A stretch of DNA of 64,000 bases, taken from a bacterium (lineage in GTDB: Bacteria; UBA8248). Numbering within the stretch: position 1 is the first letter of the stretch; each line of letters starts with the position of its first letter. Below, one piece after another: positions 39,324-49,632 of the stretch. The position numbers and the translations under genes were made by a program. A model generated the notes under the pieces. The model did no database searches and was not told the origin of the DNA. It worked only from the letters and a program-made list of their open reading frames with translations. The stretch lies in assembly GCA_965261085.1 (NCBI GenBank), contig OZ253442.1, forward strand, positions 3,392,001-3,456,000, in the 5' to 3' direction.

Positions 39324-40517
39324 CTAGTTCTTGGACCTCTCGTTCCACTTGGGCATCGGCAGCTTGTAGGGAACTTCCGCTACCTTCTTCGGCCAGACGA
39401 TCTTGCGCTGGCCATCGAGAATCTGGAAGGTCAGGCCGTCATGATCGTTGAGATTTCTGTCATCCACCTTCCATTTCCCCATAACGGTCTGGAACTGCGA
39501 GGTGCGCAGCGCCTTCCAGACCTTCTGGCGATCAAAGGAGCCCGCCTTCTTGATCGCCTGGGTCGTAATCTGCATCGCCACCCAGGCGATTCCGGCGTGG
39601 TAGTTCGGCTTGATACCGTGGCGTTTCACGTACGAGTCGATGAAATGCTTCATGCCCGGGAATTTGAGTATTTCGGGGCGCGGCTCCCACTGGCTGAAGC
39701 CCAGAACGTATTCCGCCGTGCTGCCGAGCTGCTTGGCGAATTTAGGCAGACCCGGGCCGACGGTTCCGGCGAAAATCTTGAGGTTGATGTTGAGCTCCCT
39801 AAGCTGGCGAATCTGCGCCACGGAATCCGCGAAGTAGCTGTTCGAGATGAGCGCTTCCGCGCGGCGCGCCTTGATTTTTTGCAACATCGCGGTGAAGTCG
39901 GTCTGTTTGCGCGGATAGTTCTCGTTCAACACTACTTCGATGCCGAGCTTCTTCGCCCACTCCATGGCGCCCTCGGCCGACTGCCTGGGGAAAAGGCTGT
40001 CCTCGCCGACGATGGCGATGCGCTTCACGCCGATGTCTTTCGCCATGAAAATCGCGCCCCTTTGATAGTTCTGGGCGATGGCGTTTTGGTTGAAGATGTA
40101 TTTTCTACCCTTCAGCCACACCACCTTGGAGGAGGCGCCCGGCGCCAGCGTGGGGTACTTGTACCTTTCCAGCACGTTGGCCACGGCGTCGGTGATGCCG
40201 CTCGAGTAGGGCCCGAGCGTGAGATCGACCTTGTCCTGCGTGATGAGCTTCTCATAGAGCTTGATGCTGGTCTGCTTGTCCGATTTGTCGTCCATGAGAA
40301 CGAGTTTAATCTTCTTGCCCAACAGGCCGCCCTTGGCGTTTTGCTGATCGGTGAACAACTTGTAGGCGTTCGTGAACCTGCCGGCGGGCTCCGCATAGCG
40401 GCCCGTCTGGGAGAGGGCCCCGCCGAAGACGATTTCGTTCGCCGCCAGGGCCGGGGTGGTGAAGAGCGCCGTCGTCACCAAAAACGCGATTGTGATGAAA
40501 ATGCGAGTCATTTTCAT
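39324..40517 (-). CDS. Amino acid/amide ABC substrate-binding protein (LivJ-like), paralog 1
   Basis: Signal peptide; long stretches identical to 37811-39007. Confidence 0.9.
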   Translation of the reverse strand: MKMTRIFITIAFLVTTALFTTPALAANEIVFGGALSQTGRYAEPAGRFTNAYKLFTDQQNAKGGLLGKKIKLVLMDDKSDKQTSIKLYEKLITQDKVDLTLGPYSSGITDAVANVLERYKYPTLAPGASSKVVWLKGRKYIFNQNAIAQNYQRGAIFMAKDIGVKRIAIVGEDSLFPRQSAEGAMEWAKKLGIEVVLNENYPRKQTDFTAMLQKIKARRAEALISNSYFADSVAQIRQLRELNINLKIFAGTVGPGLPKFAKQLGSTAEYVLGFSQWEPRPEILKFPGMKHFIDSYVKRHGIKPNYHAGIAWVAMQITTQAIKKAGSFDRQKVWKALRTSQFQTVMGKWKVDDRNLNDHDGLTFQILDGQRKIVWPKKVAEVPYKLPMPKWNERSKN

Positions 40518-40703
40518 TTCATATCCCCCTTAAAAGGTGTGAAAAAGCATTTGCATCTCACGGCGGAAAATCCGCCCTTTCTTCATATGTTTCCAAAGCA
40601 GGATGAAACGCAACGCCCGCGCACGTCATCATCCAAAGACGCAGCGCCTTCGGCGCAATTTATTGGAGTATAAGATTAAATTCTAACTTGAAGGGGAAAA
40701 AAG

Positions 40704-41165
40704 TCAAATGCGGAAATTCTGGGCTTTTGGAGGCTCCGCCGTATCGGCGTCCACTGCGCATCCCTCCACCCAGGCCACGCCGTCTTCGCCGAACTCCTTC
40801 TTCCATATCGGCACGATCTGCTTGATGCGGTCGATCGCATAGCGGCACGCCTTGAAGGCCGCGTCCCGGTGGGCGGAGGCCGCCGCGATGCCCACCGCAA
40901 TATCGCCAATTGCGAGCGTTCCCACCCGGTGGGCCATCGCCAGATGGGTGACGCCGAAACGCTCTTCGATCTCCTCGGCGACCTGGCGCATCTTCTTCTC
41001 CGCCATCTCGGGATAGGCATGGTACTCAAGATGCGTGACCCCCTGCCCCGCGCTGTGGTTGCGAACCTTGCCCACGAACGTGCAGAGCCCGCCCAGTTCG
41101 GGAGAATCGATGCTGTCCGTCAACTCCTCCATGTCGATGGGGGAATCCGCGATGCGGCAAATCAT
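40704..41165 (-). CDS. moaE: Molybdopterin synthase catalytic subunit
   Basis: FVGKVRN, LEYHAYPEMA, HRVG.L, AHR..AF, PIWKKE. Confidence 0.95.
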   Translation of the reverse strand: MICRIADSPIDMEELTDSIDSPELGGLCTFVGKVRNHSAGQGVTHLEYHAYPEMAEKKMRQVAEEIEERFGVTHLAMAHRVGTLAIGDIAVGIAAASAHRDAAFKACRYAIDRIKQIVPIWKKEFGEDGVAWVEGCAVDADTAEPPKAQNFRI

Positions 41166-41413
41166 GCGCAACCTCCGCTGATGGGCGGAATCAACCCCAG
41201 TTCATCGCCCACCTCCACGGGCGTGCCCTCGCCCGCGAACTCCTGATTAACAGAGACGGCGATGGACTCCATGCGCCCCGAAAAAACCGGAAACCGCTCG
41301 GCGAGACTCTCTCTCAAATCGGCCACCGTGGCGCCTTCGGGCACTTCCAGGTCGATTTCCTCCTCACCCGTCACCTCGCGCGCCCAGGCGAAGCACTTGA
41401 CGCGAACTATCAT
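41162..41413 (-). CDS. moaD: Molybdopterin synthase sulfur carrier, ending GG-CA
   Basis: VKCFAWARE, AVSVNQE, GDELGLIPPISGG followed by CA. Confidence 0.92.
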   Translation of the reverse strand: MIVRVKCFAWAREVTGEEEIDLEVPEGATVADLRESLAERFPVFSGRMESIAVSVNQEFAGEGTPVEVGDELGLIPPISGGCA

Positions 41414-41577
41414 ATGACCCCTCACTCTCACTGCTACATGGACGACGACGCCCCTGCTCCTCAAAACAATTCCTACACTCTCCTCTGGATGATAGATATT
41501 CCCACCGGCGGAATCAAGGGGATGCTCCCGCCAATCCGCTCTTCTTGTCCATCTTTTGCGGGTGTATACTCCGCGCC

Positions 41578-42738
41578 ATGAAAATCGCCTCTCATCCCGA
41601 ACTATCCAAAGCCCTTGCGGATGCGCTCGAAAACGGCCCCATCCCCTTTCGCCGCTTCATGGAACTCGCCCTCTATCATCCGGGGGGCGGCTATTATTGC
41701 CGCGAATGCTCGCGGATCGGCCCCGATGGGGATTTCTACACCTCTCCCCACCAAAGCCCCTGGCTCGGGCGGATGATTGCGCCGCTTCTCGATAAAATCC
41801 GGCGGCGCATGGGCGAGGCGCCCTCGCTGAACATTTGGGAGTTTGGCCCGGGAGAGGGATGGCTCGCTTTCGATATCCTCGAATCGATTCGCTCCCCGCA
41901 GGCGGCTTTCGAAGGAGCCATCGCCTATACGTTCGCCGAGCAAAGCGCACAGGCGAGCAAGCGAATACGGGAAAAATTCAAAGATTACGATAACATCCGG
42001 TTTTCAGACCCCGCGGACTACCCGCCCCCGGGCTTCGAGGGCGTCGTGCTCGCCCATGAGTTTCTCGACGCCCTGCCCGTTCACGCCCTCATCCAGAAAA
42101 GAACGCATCTACAAGAAAGATACGTGGCATGGCGGGACGATATGCTTCTCTTCTACGAGGGCGCGCCCACCGATGAGCGCTTAAGCGGCTGGTTCTCCGA
42201 CTTGGGGGTCCGGCTCTCCACCGATCAGATGGCCGAGGCGAACCTGTGCGCCTTCGACTGGGTGAGCGAGGTGGCGCGCCGGATGGAGCGGGGCGCCATA
42301 CTGATCTTCGACTATGGGTTCTCCGCGCGCGTACTCTACGGCCCCACCCGCCCGGATGGCGCGCTGCGCGGCTACAGAAACCATACCCTCGTTAGCGACG
42401 CGCTCTCCCGTCCCGGAGAAACCGACCTCACCACCCACGTCGACTTCACCTCCATCCTGCGAGCGGCTACTTCTCAAGACATGGAACTCGCGGGCTTTAC
42501 GGATCAGACGCGCTTTCTTCTGGGGGCCGGCCTTCCCCAGGCGCTGGATAGCGCAGAGGGTGAGGATGATGAAAAAACGAGGCGCGAGCGCCAGTCTATC
42601 ATGGGCATCATGGACCCCACGGGTCTGGGCGGGGCCATCAAGGTGATGTTGTTGGCCAAAAACCTGGAGCTGAGTGATTTGAGTGAGTTTTCGATGAAGC
42701 CCGACGACAGGGAGTCTCTCGAGACCCTCTTCGGCTAG
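41578..42738 (+). CDS. SAM-dependent methyltransferase, MidA/NDUFAF7 family
   Basis: FMELALYHP..GYY, GDFYTSP, EFGPGEG, HEFLDALP, DYG, DLTTHVDF. Confidence 0.9.
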   Translation: MKIASHPELSKALADALENGPIPFRRFMELALYHPGGGYYCRECSRIGPDGDFYTSPHQSPWLGRMIAPLLDKIRRRMGEAPSLNIWEFGPGEGWLAFDILESIRSPQAAFEGAIAYTFAEQSAQASKRIREKFKDYDNIRFSDPADYPPPGFEGVVLAHEFLDALPVHALIQKRTHLQERYVAWRDDMLLFYEGAPTDERLSGWFSDLGVRLSTDQMAEANLCAFDWVSEVARRMERGAILIFDYGFSARVLYGPTRPDGALRGYRNHTLVSDALSRPGETDLTTHVDFTSILRAATSQDMELAGFTDQTRFLLGAGLPQALDSAEGEDDEKTRRERQSIMGIMDPTGLGGAIKVMLLAKNLELSDLSEFSMKPDDRESLETLFG

Positions 42739-44525
42739 CCGCCCGCCGGGCGGATGGCGCGAAGCTCGAGTTGCACCCTGGTGGCGCCGCGCCAGCGGTT
42801 CAGGCCGGGGGAAAACGCGACGTCCAGCTTTCCCTTCAAGCGCTCCGGCTCCTTGAGCAAGGCCCCCATGCCGAAGCCGATGGCTTCTCTCTCCTCGCGG
42901 AACTGCCGCAAGTTCAGCTTTAAGTGCTCCCCCTCGCGGCCCACCACGCCGGGGCTTCCGGCCACCTCGACCCGGGAGGCGCAAAACAGGGGCCGCGGGT
43001 TCTCCTCCCCGAAAGGCGCCATACCTTCTAGTTGCTCCAGGAGCGGCACGTCCATTTCGGAAAAATCGACGCGGGCGTCAAGTACGAGCTCACGCTCATC
43101 CGCCCCGGATTTTTTCATCCCGCGAATCACCTCCTGGAAGCGCTCCCTGAAAGCGTCTATTTTCTCTTCCGCCACCTTCAGCCCCGCGGCTCCCTTGTGT
43201 CCGCCGAACTGGATCAACAGGTCTGTGCAGCACTCGAGCGCTTCATACACGTGAAGACCCATGGCCGAGCGAACGGAGCCCTTGCCCATCCCGTCCTTGA
43301 CGTGGATGAGAACCGAGGGCTGGTGATATTCCTCCACGAGCTTCGCGGCCACGATGCCCACCACGCCGGGGTGCCATTTGTCGCTCGCAAGCACGATGGC
43401 CTCATCACGCGCCTCGGCTCCCGATGATTCCATGATGGCCACCGCCTCCTCCCAGGCTTCCTGCTGCAAGTTCTGGCGCTGCCGGTTCCACTCCTCGAGA
43501 ACCTCCGCGCGCGAGCGCGCCTGGCCCTCGTCATCGGCGGTGAGAAGCTCGACGCCGAAAGAAGCTTCTCCCACCCGTCCCGCCGCGTTGAGCCTCGGCG
43601 CGAGGGTGAAGGAAACGTGCCCGGCATTGAGCGTCTGGGCTTTGAGGTTCGCCGCCGCTTGCAAGGCGCGAATCCCCGCCTTTCGCCGATCCAGGGTCTC
43701 GAACCCGCCTTCGGCCACTTCGGGGGGCGAGAGAATATCGAGCCCGTGGCGCACGAAAATGTGGTTCTCATCCCGCAGGGGAACAACGTCGGCCACCGTG
43801 CCCAACGCCACCAGGTCCAGGTGCTGTTTGAGGTTCGGCAGCGGCGCCCCGAACCCGCCCTCATGCAGGCGCCTTCTGAGGGCGGTGATGAGCTTGAACG
43901 CGACCCCGACTCCGCTGAGTCCTCGAAAGGGATATTCACAACCCATCTGGCGGGGATTCAGGATAGCTCGGGCGGGCGGCAATTCATCCGGCGGGCGGTG
44001 ATGATCGGTGATGATGAGGCGCACTCCCATCTGCTCGGCTTCTTTTGCGGCGGCATGCGCGCTGATTCCGCAATCGACCGTCACCACCGTGTCGCAGCCC
44101 GCCTCCTTGAGCTTTTCCAGACCCTTGCGGTGCAGGCCGTATCCCTCATCCAGGCGGCTCGGAATGTAGTAGGGAACCCTGACGCCCACCTGAGTGAGAA
44201 ACCGGCACATGAGCGCCGTAGCGGAGATGCCGTCCACGTCATAATCCCCATACACGCCGATGGGGCGGCGGTTTCTTACCCGCTCCACGAGGTGAGAGAC
44301 GGCCTCCTCCATTCCTTTCATCAGAAACGGATCGTGCAATCCCGCCAGGGGGGCATCCAGGAACTTGCGCGCCTCGCCGGGGTTTTGAATTCCCCTTTGC
44401 GCGAGCAGCTTTCCTATCAGAGGGGGGACGTTCAATTCTCGAGAAAGTTTTTCGGCCGATTCCTCATCGACGGGACGCAGCGTCCATATGCGGGGAAAAG
44501 CGCGCGGGCCGGTGGAATTGCTCAT
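42735..44525 (-). CDS. recJ: Single-stranded DNA exonuclease
   Basis: YGDYDVDG, TVDCG, TDHH, GTVADVVPL, PRLNAAGR, FGGH..AAG. Confidence 0.97.
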   Translation of the reverse strand: MSNSTGPRAFPRIWTLRPVDEESAEKLSRELNVPPLIGKLLAQRGIQNPGEARKFLDAPLAGLHDPFLMKGMEEAVSHLVERVRNRRPIGVYGDYDVDGISATALMCRFLTQVGVRVPYYIPSRLDEGYGLHRKGLEKLKEAGCDTVVTVDCGISAHAAAKEAEQMGVRLIITDHHRPPDELPPARAILNPRQMGCEYPFRGLSGVGVAFKLITALRRRLHEGGFGAPLPNLKQHLDLVALGTVADVVPLRDENHIFVRHGLDILSPPEVAEGGFETLDRRKAGIRALQAAANLKAQTLNAGHVSFTLAPRLNAAGRVGEASFGVELLTADDEGQARSRAEVLEEWNRQRQNLQQEAWEEAVAIMESSGAEARDEAIVLASDKWHPGVVGIVAAKLVEEYHQPSVLIHVKDGMGKGSVRSAMGLHVYEALECCTDLLIQFGGHKGAAGLKVAEEKIDAFRERFQEVIRGMKKSGADERELVLDARVDFSEMDVPLLEQLEGMAPFGEENPRPLFCASRVEVAGSPGVVGREGEHLKLNLRQFREEREAIGFGMGALLKEPERLKGKLDVAFSPGLNRWRGATRVQLELRAIRPAGG

Positions 44526-44604
44526 CGGCCCTTCAAGCCCCCTTACTCCACCCGCAACCGCTGCGCCGGCAGAGTCGACCCGAAACATGCGCATCGCTCA
44601 TATG

Positions 44605-46404
44605 TCACTCACGACTACGCCCGCCCAGGGCGCTTTTCGAGGGCCACGCGGCGTCATCGTCCGCCGGGGCCGCTTCGGCCGAGTTCTCCGCGGACGATTC
44701 GCCCTCGGAATCATCTTCAGGGGATTCGGCCTTCGGGACGATTCCCGGGCCGAGTTCCTCGAGTTCACCCTCCCCGGCCGGTCCCTGGCGCGGAGAGGCG
44801 CGCCTGCGCCATCCGTCTCTGATGGAAGGCTTCGGCATGGAGCGCGCCATCATCTCGCGGGCCCCCTTGAAATGAGCTTTCACGGGGTTCGAAAAATTCC
44901 GGTTCAACGAAACCATTGCGCGAACCAGCGCGCCCGTGAGATTTTTGGGCCGGCAGGCATTTCCATTCATGAGAACCGAGAAAGCGAGAATTTCCCCGTT
45001 TTTTGCGGCTGCGTATCCACTAAAGGCGCGCACGCCGTTCAACACGCCCGTCTTCACCCGCACCCGGCGCGAATCGACCCCTCGGCGACGTCTTTTTTCC
45101 ACCGTGCCGTCGACGCCGAACACGGCCAGAGACGCCATGAACTCGGGCCGCAGCCTGAAATCGTTATGCGCCGCTTCAAGCAGGGTCGCCAGAGCGCGCG
45201 GCGAGGCGCGGTTCATCCTGCTCAAGCCAGAACCATCGGCGAGGACGATCTCCTTCGCCGAGACGCCGCTGGAGATCAGGAAATCCCGCACCACCCGGAG
45301 ACCTTTTTCCGCGGTGCCCGGCGCGCCGTGCGCTTCCGCGCCCATTGTCTTGAGAACCTGTTCGGCCACGAAATTGTTGCTGAACTTGTTGAGCCCCCGA
45401 ACCACCTCGCTCAAGGGCGGCGAGAGGTTTCGCGCCAGAAGCTTCGCATCGGGCGGCGTGGCGGCCCGCCGTATCCCTCCCTTCAAGACGATTCCCTGCC
45501 TCCCCAGTTCGGCGGCGACCGCACCGGCGGTGAAGGCGGTGGGGTCCGTGACGGGCACCCGGTACCTCTTCATCCTGTTTCCCGCCGGAATCGAACCACT
45601 TACAAGAACGACGTCCATTCCCTTGGAGCGAGTGCGCCCGAGCCGGATTCTCAGACGTCTGCGCGAGGTTTTCACCCTCGCCCGGAGTCGAAGCGCGCGC
45701 GATGGCGGCTCAAGATGCGCCCTGGCCGGGCCGCCGACCCTATCGCCCGGGGCCACGAGCACGTTCGCCAGACCGAAATTCAGGGATAACGCCCCGTGCG
45801 GCGCCAGATAGGGCCGGATGGAGCGGCCCACGCGCCACCCGCGACCGTGTTTTTTCTTATCGAAAAACGTATCGTCCGCCACCAGAACGCCCGTGATGCG
45901 CCTCACGCCGCGCAACTTGAGCCTACGCACCAAGTCGCGCATTTTTTCATGCACGAAAAGCGGATCGCCGTAGCCCTTCAGATAAAGGTCACCTCGGACG
46001 ACGCCGTCCCGAACCTTGCCCTTCGCGTAAAAATCGGTGGCGAAGCGGTAGTCCGGCCCCAGGCGCGCAAGCGCGGCGGCGGCCGTGAAGAGTTTGACGT
46101 TCGACGCGGGTATGCGTCTCGCGGCGGCGTTATGGGAGTAGAGCGTCTGCGCGGTGGAAACCGAACGAACGTAAAGACCCAGGCGTCCTGGGCGGGCGCA
46201 TTGCCTCTTGACGGCGCGCTTCACCCTGGCCTGGAAGACGGCCTTAGACGTGATGCCTTTTTTCGAAGCGACCCTTTTTTTCGGAGCGCGCCTTTTTCTT
46301 GCGGCGAAGGCGTCCGACGCGCACAAGGCGGTAAGGCACAAAAGAATCGCCCAAATGGAGAACCTAAAAAACCGGCCCGCTGAGTCTTGCTTCCAGAATC
46401 TCAT
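44605..46404 (-). CDS. dacB: D-Ala-D-Ala carboxypeptidase/endopeptidase PBP4
   Basis: PASNVK (SxxK), SNN (SxN), DGSGLSR, KTG. Confidence 0.93.
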   Translation of the reverse strand: MRFWKQDSAGRFFRFSIWAILLCLTALCASDAFAARKRRAPKKRVASKKGITSKAVFQARVKRAVKRQCARPGRLGLYVRSVSTAQTLYSHNAAARRIPASNVKLFTAAAALARLGPDYRFATDFYAKGKVRDGVVRGDLYLKGYGDPLFVHEKMRDLVRRLKLRGVRRITGVLVADDTFFDKKKHGRGWRVGRSIRPYLAPHGALSLNFGLANVLVAPGDRVGGPARAHLEPPSRALRLRARVKTSRRRLRIRLGRTRSKGMDVVLVSGSIPAGNRMKRYRVPVTDPTAFTAGAVAAELGRQGIVLKGGIRRAATPPDAKLLARNLSPPLSEVVRGLNKFSNNFVAEQVLKTMGAEAHGAPGTAEKGLRVVRDFLISSGVSAKEIVLADGSGLSRMNRASPRALATLLEAAHNDFRLRPEFMASLAVFGVDGTVEKRRRRGVDSRRVRVKTGVLNGVRAFSGYAAAKNGEILAFSVLMNGNACRPKNLTGALVRAMVSLNRNFSNPVKAHFKGAREMMARSMPKPSIRDGWRRRASPRQGPAGEGELEELGPGIVPKAESPEDDSEGESSAENSAEAAPADDDAAWPSKSALGGRSRE

Positions 46405-46456
46405 ATTCGGTGTCCGTCACGCGCCGGGCGGGGGGCGGGAATACCGGGTATTATTC

Positions 46457-47005
46457 TCACAAAAAAGCGAGGGCCTGCATCACCTGCTGAACCGTCGGGC
46501 GGTCGCTAGGATATTTGCCCAGATGAACGTAGCGAACCACGCCGTTCTTGTCGATGATGATGGTGGAGGGCCGGGCGATCCCCTCTCTCGGATGAAGCAC
46601 CCCGAAGCCTTTGATGATTCGCTTCTTCGCATCCGAGATCAGCAGATACCGTATGCCCAACTCCCGTGTCGTCTTGTTCATTTCAAGCGCATTGTCCGCG
46701 CTGATGGCGATGATTTCGGTCTGAAACCGATGAATTTTCTCGGAAAATCGCTGGAACTCGACGAGTTGCCGTTGGCAAATCACTCAAAAGTGACCCCGAT
46801 AGAAAATTATCACGAGATTCTTCTTGCCCTTGAGGTCGGACAGCTTGAAGCCCTGGATTTCGAACTCATGCGCCTTATCCCCCACCTTGAGGCGATTCTC
46901 GTCGAAAGGCGCGGCCGCCGCCATACCCACGCTCATGAGTACGAAGGCGAGCGCCATCGCCGCCAGGCGCAAAGTTCGCTTCAACTGACACCTGCTCCAT
47001 CTCAT
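46457..47005 (-). CDS. Secreted AhpC/TSA peroxiredoxin-like selenoprotein (UGA at 46784-46786 read as Sec)
   Basis: Two in-frame ORFs joined at TGA give FYRGHF-U-VIC-QRQL, a UxxC in place of CxxC; downstream hairpin; start uncertain. Confidence 0.82.
46753..46770 (-). promoter_or_regulatory. Candidate bacterial SECIS hairpin
   Basis: GGCAACTC-GTC-GAGTTCC, G-starting apical loop 21 nt after the UGA. Confidence 0.6.
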
Positions 47006-47160
47006 CGGGGAAAACCTCCGGGTCATCGAGTCAAAAATCACCGCCGAGGCGAATCTTAATCCGCCCGGAACGGGCTGTAAACCACGAGGACGCGCCGCAT
47101 TGACGATAAGACGCGGCGTATGCGAATCTCCACATGTCTCCCGCCCGCCGGTATATTCAG

Positions 47161-48711
47161 GTGAAAAACAAATCGCTCGCTCTTCTCGTCCTCATGCTTA
47201 CGTGCGCGTTTTTATCCGCCTGCGGGGAGAAGCGTTCAGCGAAAGGCGACGCCATCGTCGTCGGCATCGGAACCAACCCCACGCAACTCGACCCGAGGCT
47301 ATCACAAGACGCCGTCTCCTCTAAGGTGCAGCGCTTCATTTTTAGCCGTCTGATATCGAGAAATCACGAGGGCCGCATCGTCCTGGAACTCGCCGAGCGC
47401 TGGGAGCGGCCCACGCCTCTCGTTCACCGCTTTGAACTCAGGCGCGGGGTGCGTTTTCACAATGGCGAAGCCCTCACGTCATCCGACGTGAAGTATACCT
47501 TCGACTCCATTCGCGACCCTTCTCTCGCCTCCCCCAAGGCGGCGGGACTCAAAGAACTCGCGCGCATCGAAACACCCACGCCGCACAGGGTCGTATTTCA
47601 TCTTACAGAACCCTCCGCCTCGTTCGCGGAATCCCTGATGGTCGGCATCCTCCCCAAAAGCGCTCGCGAAGCGGGGAGGCGCTTCGCCCAAAAACCAGTC
47701 GGCACCGGCCCGTTCGAGTTCGTGGAATTCGCGCCGGACGAGCGTATCACCTTGAAGGCGTTCGCCAATCATTTCGGCGGTAAGCCCGCCTTCGAGCGCC
47801 TCATCTTCCGGATTCTGCCCGAGGAGACCATCCGCGTCTTAGAACTCGAAAGCGGCGGCGTCGACTTTCTCCAGAACTCCTTTTCGCCCGACATTTTGCC
47901 ACGCTTCATCAACAACAAGCGGCTCAAGATTCGAAAGCGCCTGGGCACGAACTTCAGCTACATCGGCTTCAACATGAGCGACCCGATTCTCTCGAAGCTC
48001 AAGGTGCGTCGCGCGCTAGCCCACGCCATCGACAGGAGGCCCATCGTGCGCTTCATCCACAAGGGTCTCGTCCAGGAGGCGGTCAGCCTGCTGCCGCCGG
48101 ATCATTGGGCGCACCAAAAAGGCCTTCCAACTTATGCACACCGCCCCGAACTGGCGAAAAAGCTCCTCGATGAGGCGGGCTTCCCCGACCCGGACGGGCC
48201 GGGACCCGCCCCGCGCTTCACGCTCGTCTACAAAACCTCGCAAAACGAGTTGGGCCGCCGTATCGCCACCGTGCTCGGCCATCAACTCGACCGCGTGGGG
48301 ATAAAGATGAAAATCCGCTCCTATGAGTGGGGTACGTTTTTCGGCGACATCAGAAACGGAAATTTCCAGCTCTACAGCCTGACGTGGGTCGGCATATCGG
48401 ACCCCGACATCTACCGCTATATCTTTCACAGCCGCTTCATGCCGCCGGCCGGCTTAAACCGGGGCCGCTACAAAAACGCGCGCGTGGACGCGCTCCTAGA
48501 AGACGCTCGCCAACCCATCGCTCCAGAGGCCCGCGCCCGCATCTACGGCGAGGTGCAGCGCATCCTGGGCGATGAGCTTCCCTATATCAATTTGTGGCAC
48601 AGCGTGAACGTGGCCGTCTTCGACAAGCGCATATCGGGGTATCGGGTGTTCCCGGACGCGGACTTCATCTCGCTGGCGAAAGCCACGCTCTCCCCGGCGG
48701 CGAGGCGATAG
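47161..48711 (+). CDS. Peptide/nickel ABC substrate-binding lipoprotein (family 5)
   Basis: Lipobox FLSAC, LDPR, GVRFHNG, PVGTGPF, VRRALAHAIDR. Confidence 0.92.
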   Translation: MKNKSLALLVLMLTCAFLSACGEKRSAKGDAIVVGIGTNPTQLDPRLSQDAVSSKVQRFIFSRLISRNHEGRIVLELAERWERPTPLVHRFELRRGVRFHNGEALTSSDVKYTFDSIRDPSLASPKAAGLKELARIETPTPHRVVFHLTEPSASFAESLMVGILPKSAREAGRRFAQKPVGTGPFEFVEFAPDERITLKAFANHFGGKPAFERLIFRILPEETIRVLELESGGVDFLQNSFSPDILPRFINNKRLKIRKRLGTNFSYIGFNMSDPILSKLKVRRALAHAIDRRPIVRFIHKGLVQEAVSLLPPDHWAHQKGLPTYAHRPELAKKLLDEAGFPDPDGPGPAPRFTLVYKTSQNELGRRIATVLGHQLDRVGIKMKIRSYEWGTFFGDIRNGNFQLYSLTWVGISDPDIYRYIFHSRFMPPAGLNRGRYKNARVDALLEDARQPIAPEARARIYGEVQRILGDELPYINLWHSVNVAVFDKRISGYRVFPDADFISLAKATLSPAARR

Positions 48712-49632
48712 ATGAGAAAATTCCTACTGAGGCGCATTCTGCTCCTCATCCCCGTGCTGTGGGGGGTGACGACGATCGTTTTCATCGTCACCCAAGTGCT
48801 GCCGGGCGACCCGGTGGATCTGATGCTGGGCGAGACCGCCCGCCCCGCACAGCGCGAACAACTGCGCAAGACGCTGGGGCTGGACAGGCCGCTCGGCGTT
48901 CAATACGCCGAATACATGGGCGGGCTGCTGCGCGGGGATCTGGGCACCTCGCTCCACCAGAGGAGAGCGGTGTCTGCCATCATCTTCGAGCGCACCCACG
49001 CTTCGGCGGAACTCACGTTCGCCTCGATGGCCGTCGCTCTGCTCATCTCGCTCCCACTGGGAATCGCGGCGGCGCGCCGACAGGGCACGGGAATCGACCT
49101 CGCGGCCGGCTTTTTCGCCGTGGCGGGCGCGAGCATACCCGTCTTCTGGCTCGGGCCGCTGCTCATCATCGTCTTCTCCATCGGCCTCGGCTGGCTGCCC
49201 GTCTCGGGTAGGGAGGGAGTTTTGAGCCTCATTCTCCCCGCCGTGACGCTCGGCGCCGCCCTCTCTCCGATACTGATGCGCATGGCGCGCTCGAGTCTTC
49301 TGGAGGTGCTGCCGCAAGACTACATCAGCACGGCGCGCGCGAAGGGCATCTCGGAAAGGCGGGTGCTCTGGCTCCACGCGCTCAAGAACGCGTGCCTGCC
49401 GCTCATCACGATCTTGAGCCTCCAGCTAGGCGCCCTGCTCTCGGGCGCCATCATCACGGAAACCGTCTTCGCCTGGCCCGGCGTGGGCCGACTGGTGATT
49501 CAGGCCATCGCCTCGCGCGACTACCCGCTCGTTCAGGGTTGCGTGCTGTTCATCGCCGCCATCTACGTGAGCGCGAACTTTCTGGCCGACATCGCCTACG
49601 CCTGGCTCGACCCGCGCGTGAGGCTCACATGA
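48712..49632 (+). CDS. Peptide ABC permease (DppB-like)
   Basis: PGDP, GLDRPL, TARAKG, ETVFAWPG, RDYPLVQG. Confidence 0.92.
   Translation: MRKFLLRRILLLIPVLWGVTTIVFIVTQVLPGDPVDLMLGETARPAQREQLRKTLGLDRPLGVQYAEYMGGLLRGDLGTSLHQRRAVSAIIFERTHASAELTFASMAVALLISLPLGIAAARRQGTGIDLAAGFFAVAGASIPVFWLGPLLIIVFSIGLGWLPVSGREGVLSLILPAVTLGAALSPILMRMARSSLLEVLPQDYISTARAKGISERRVLWLHALKNACLPLITILSLQLGALLSGAIITETVFAWPGVGRLVIQAIASRDYPLVQGCVLFIAAIYVSANFLADIAYAWLDPRVRLT

Noticed and set aside
46784-46786. Pseudogene by nonsense mutation
   Set aside because: The stop is TGA exactly at the redox Cys position with a SECIS-like hairpin, so selenocysteine is the better explanation.
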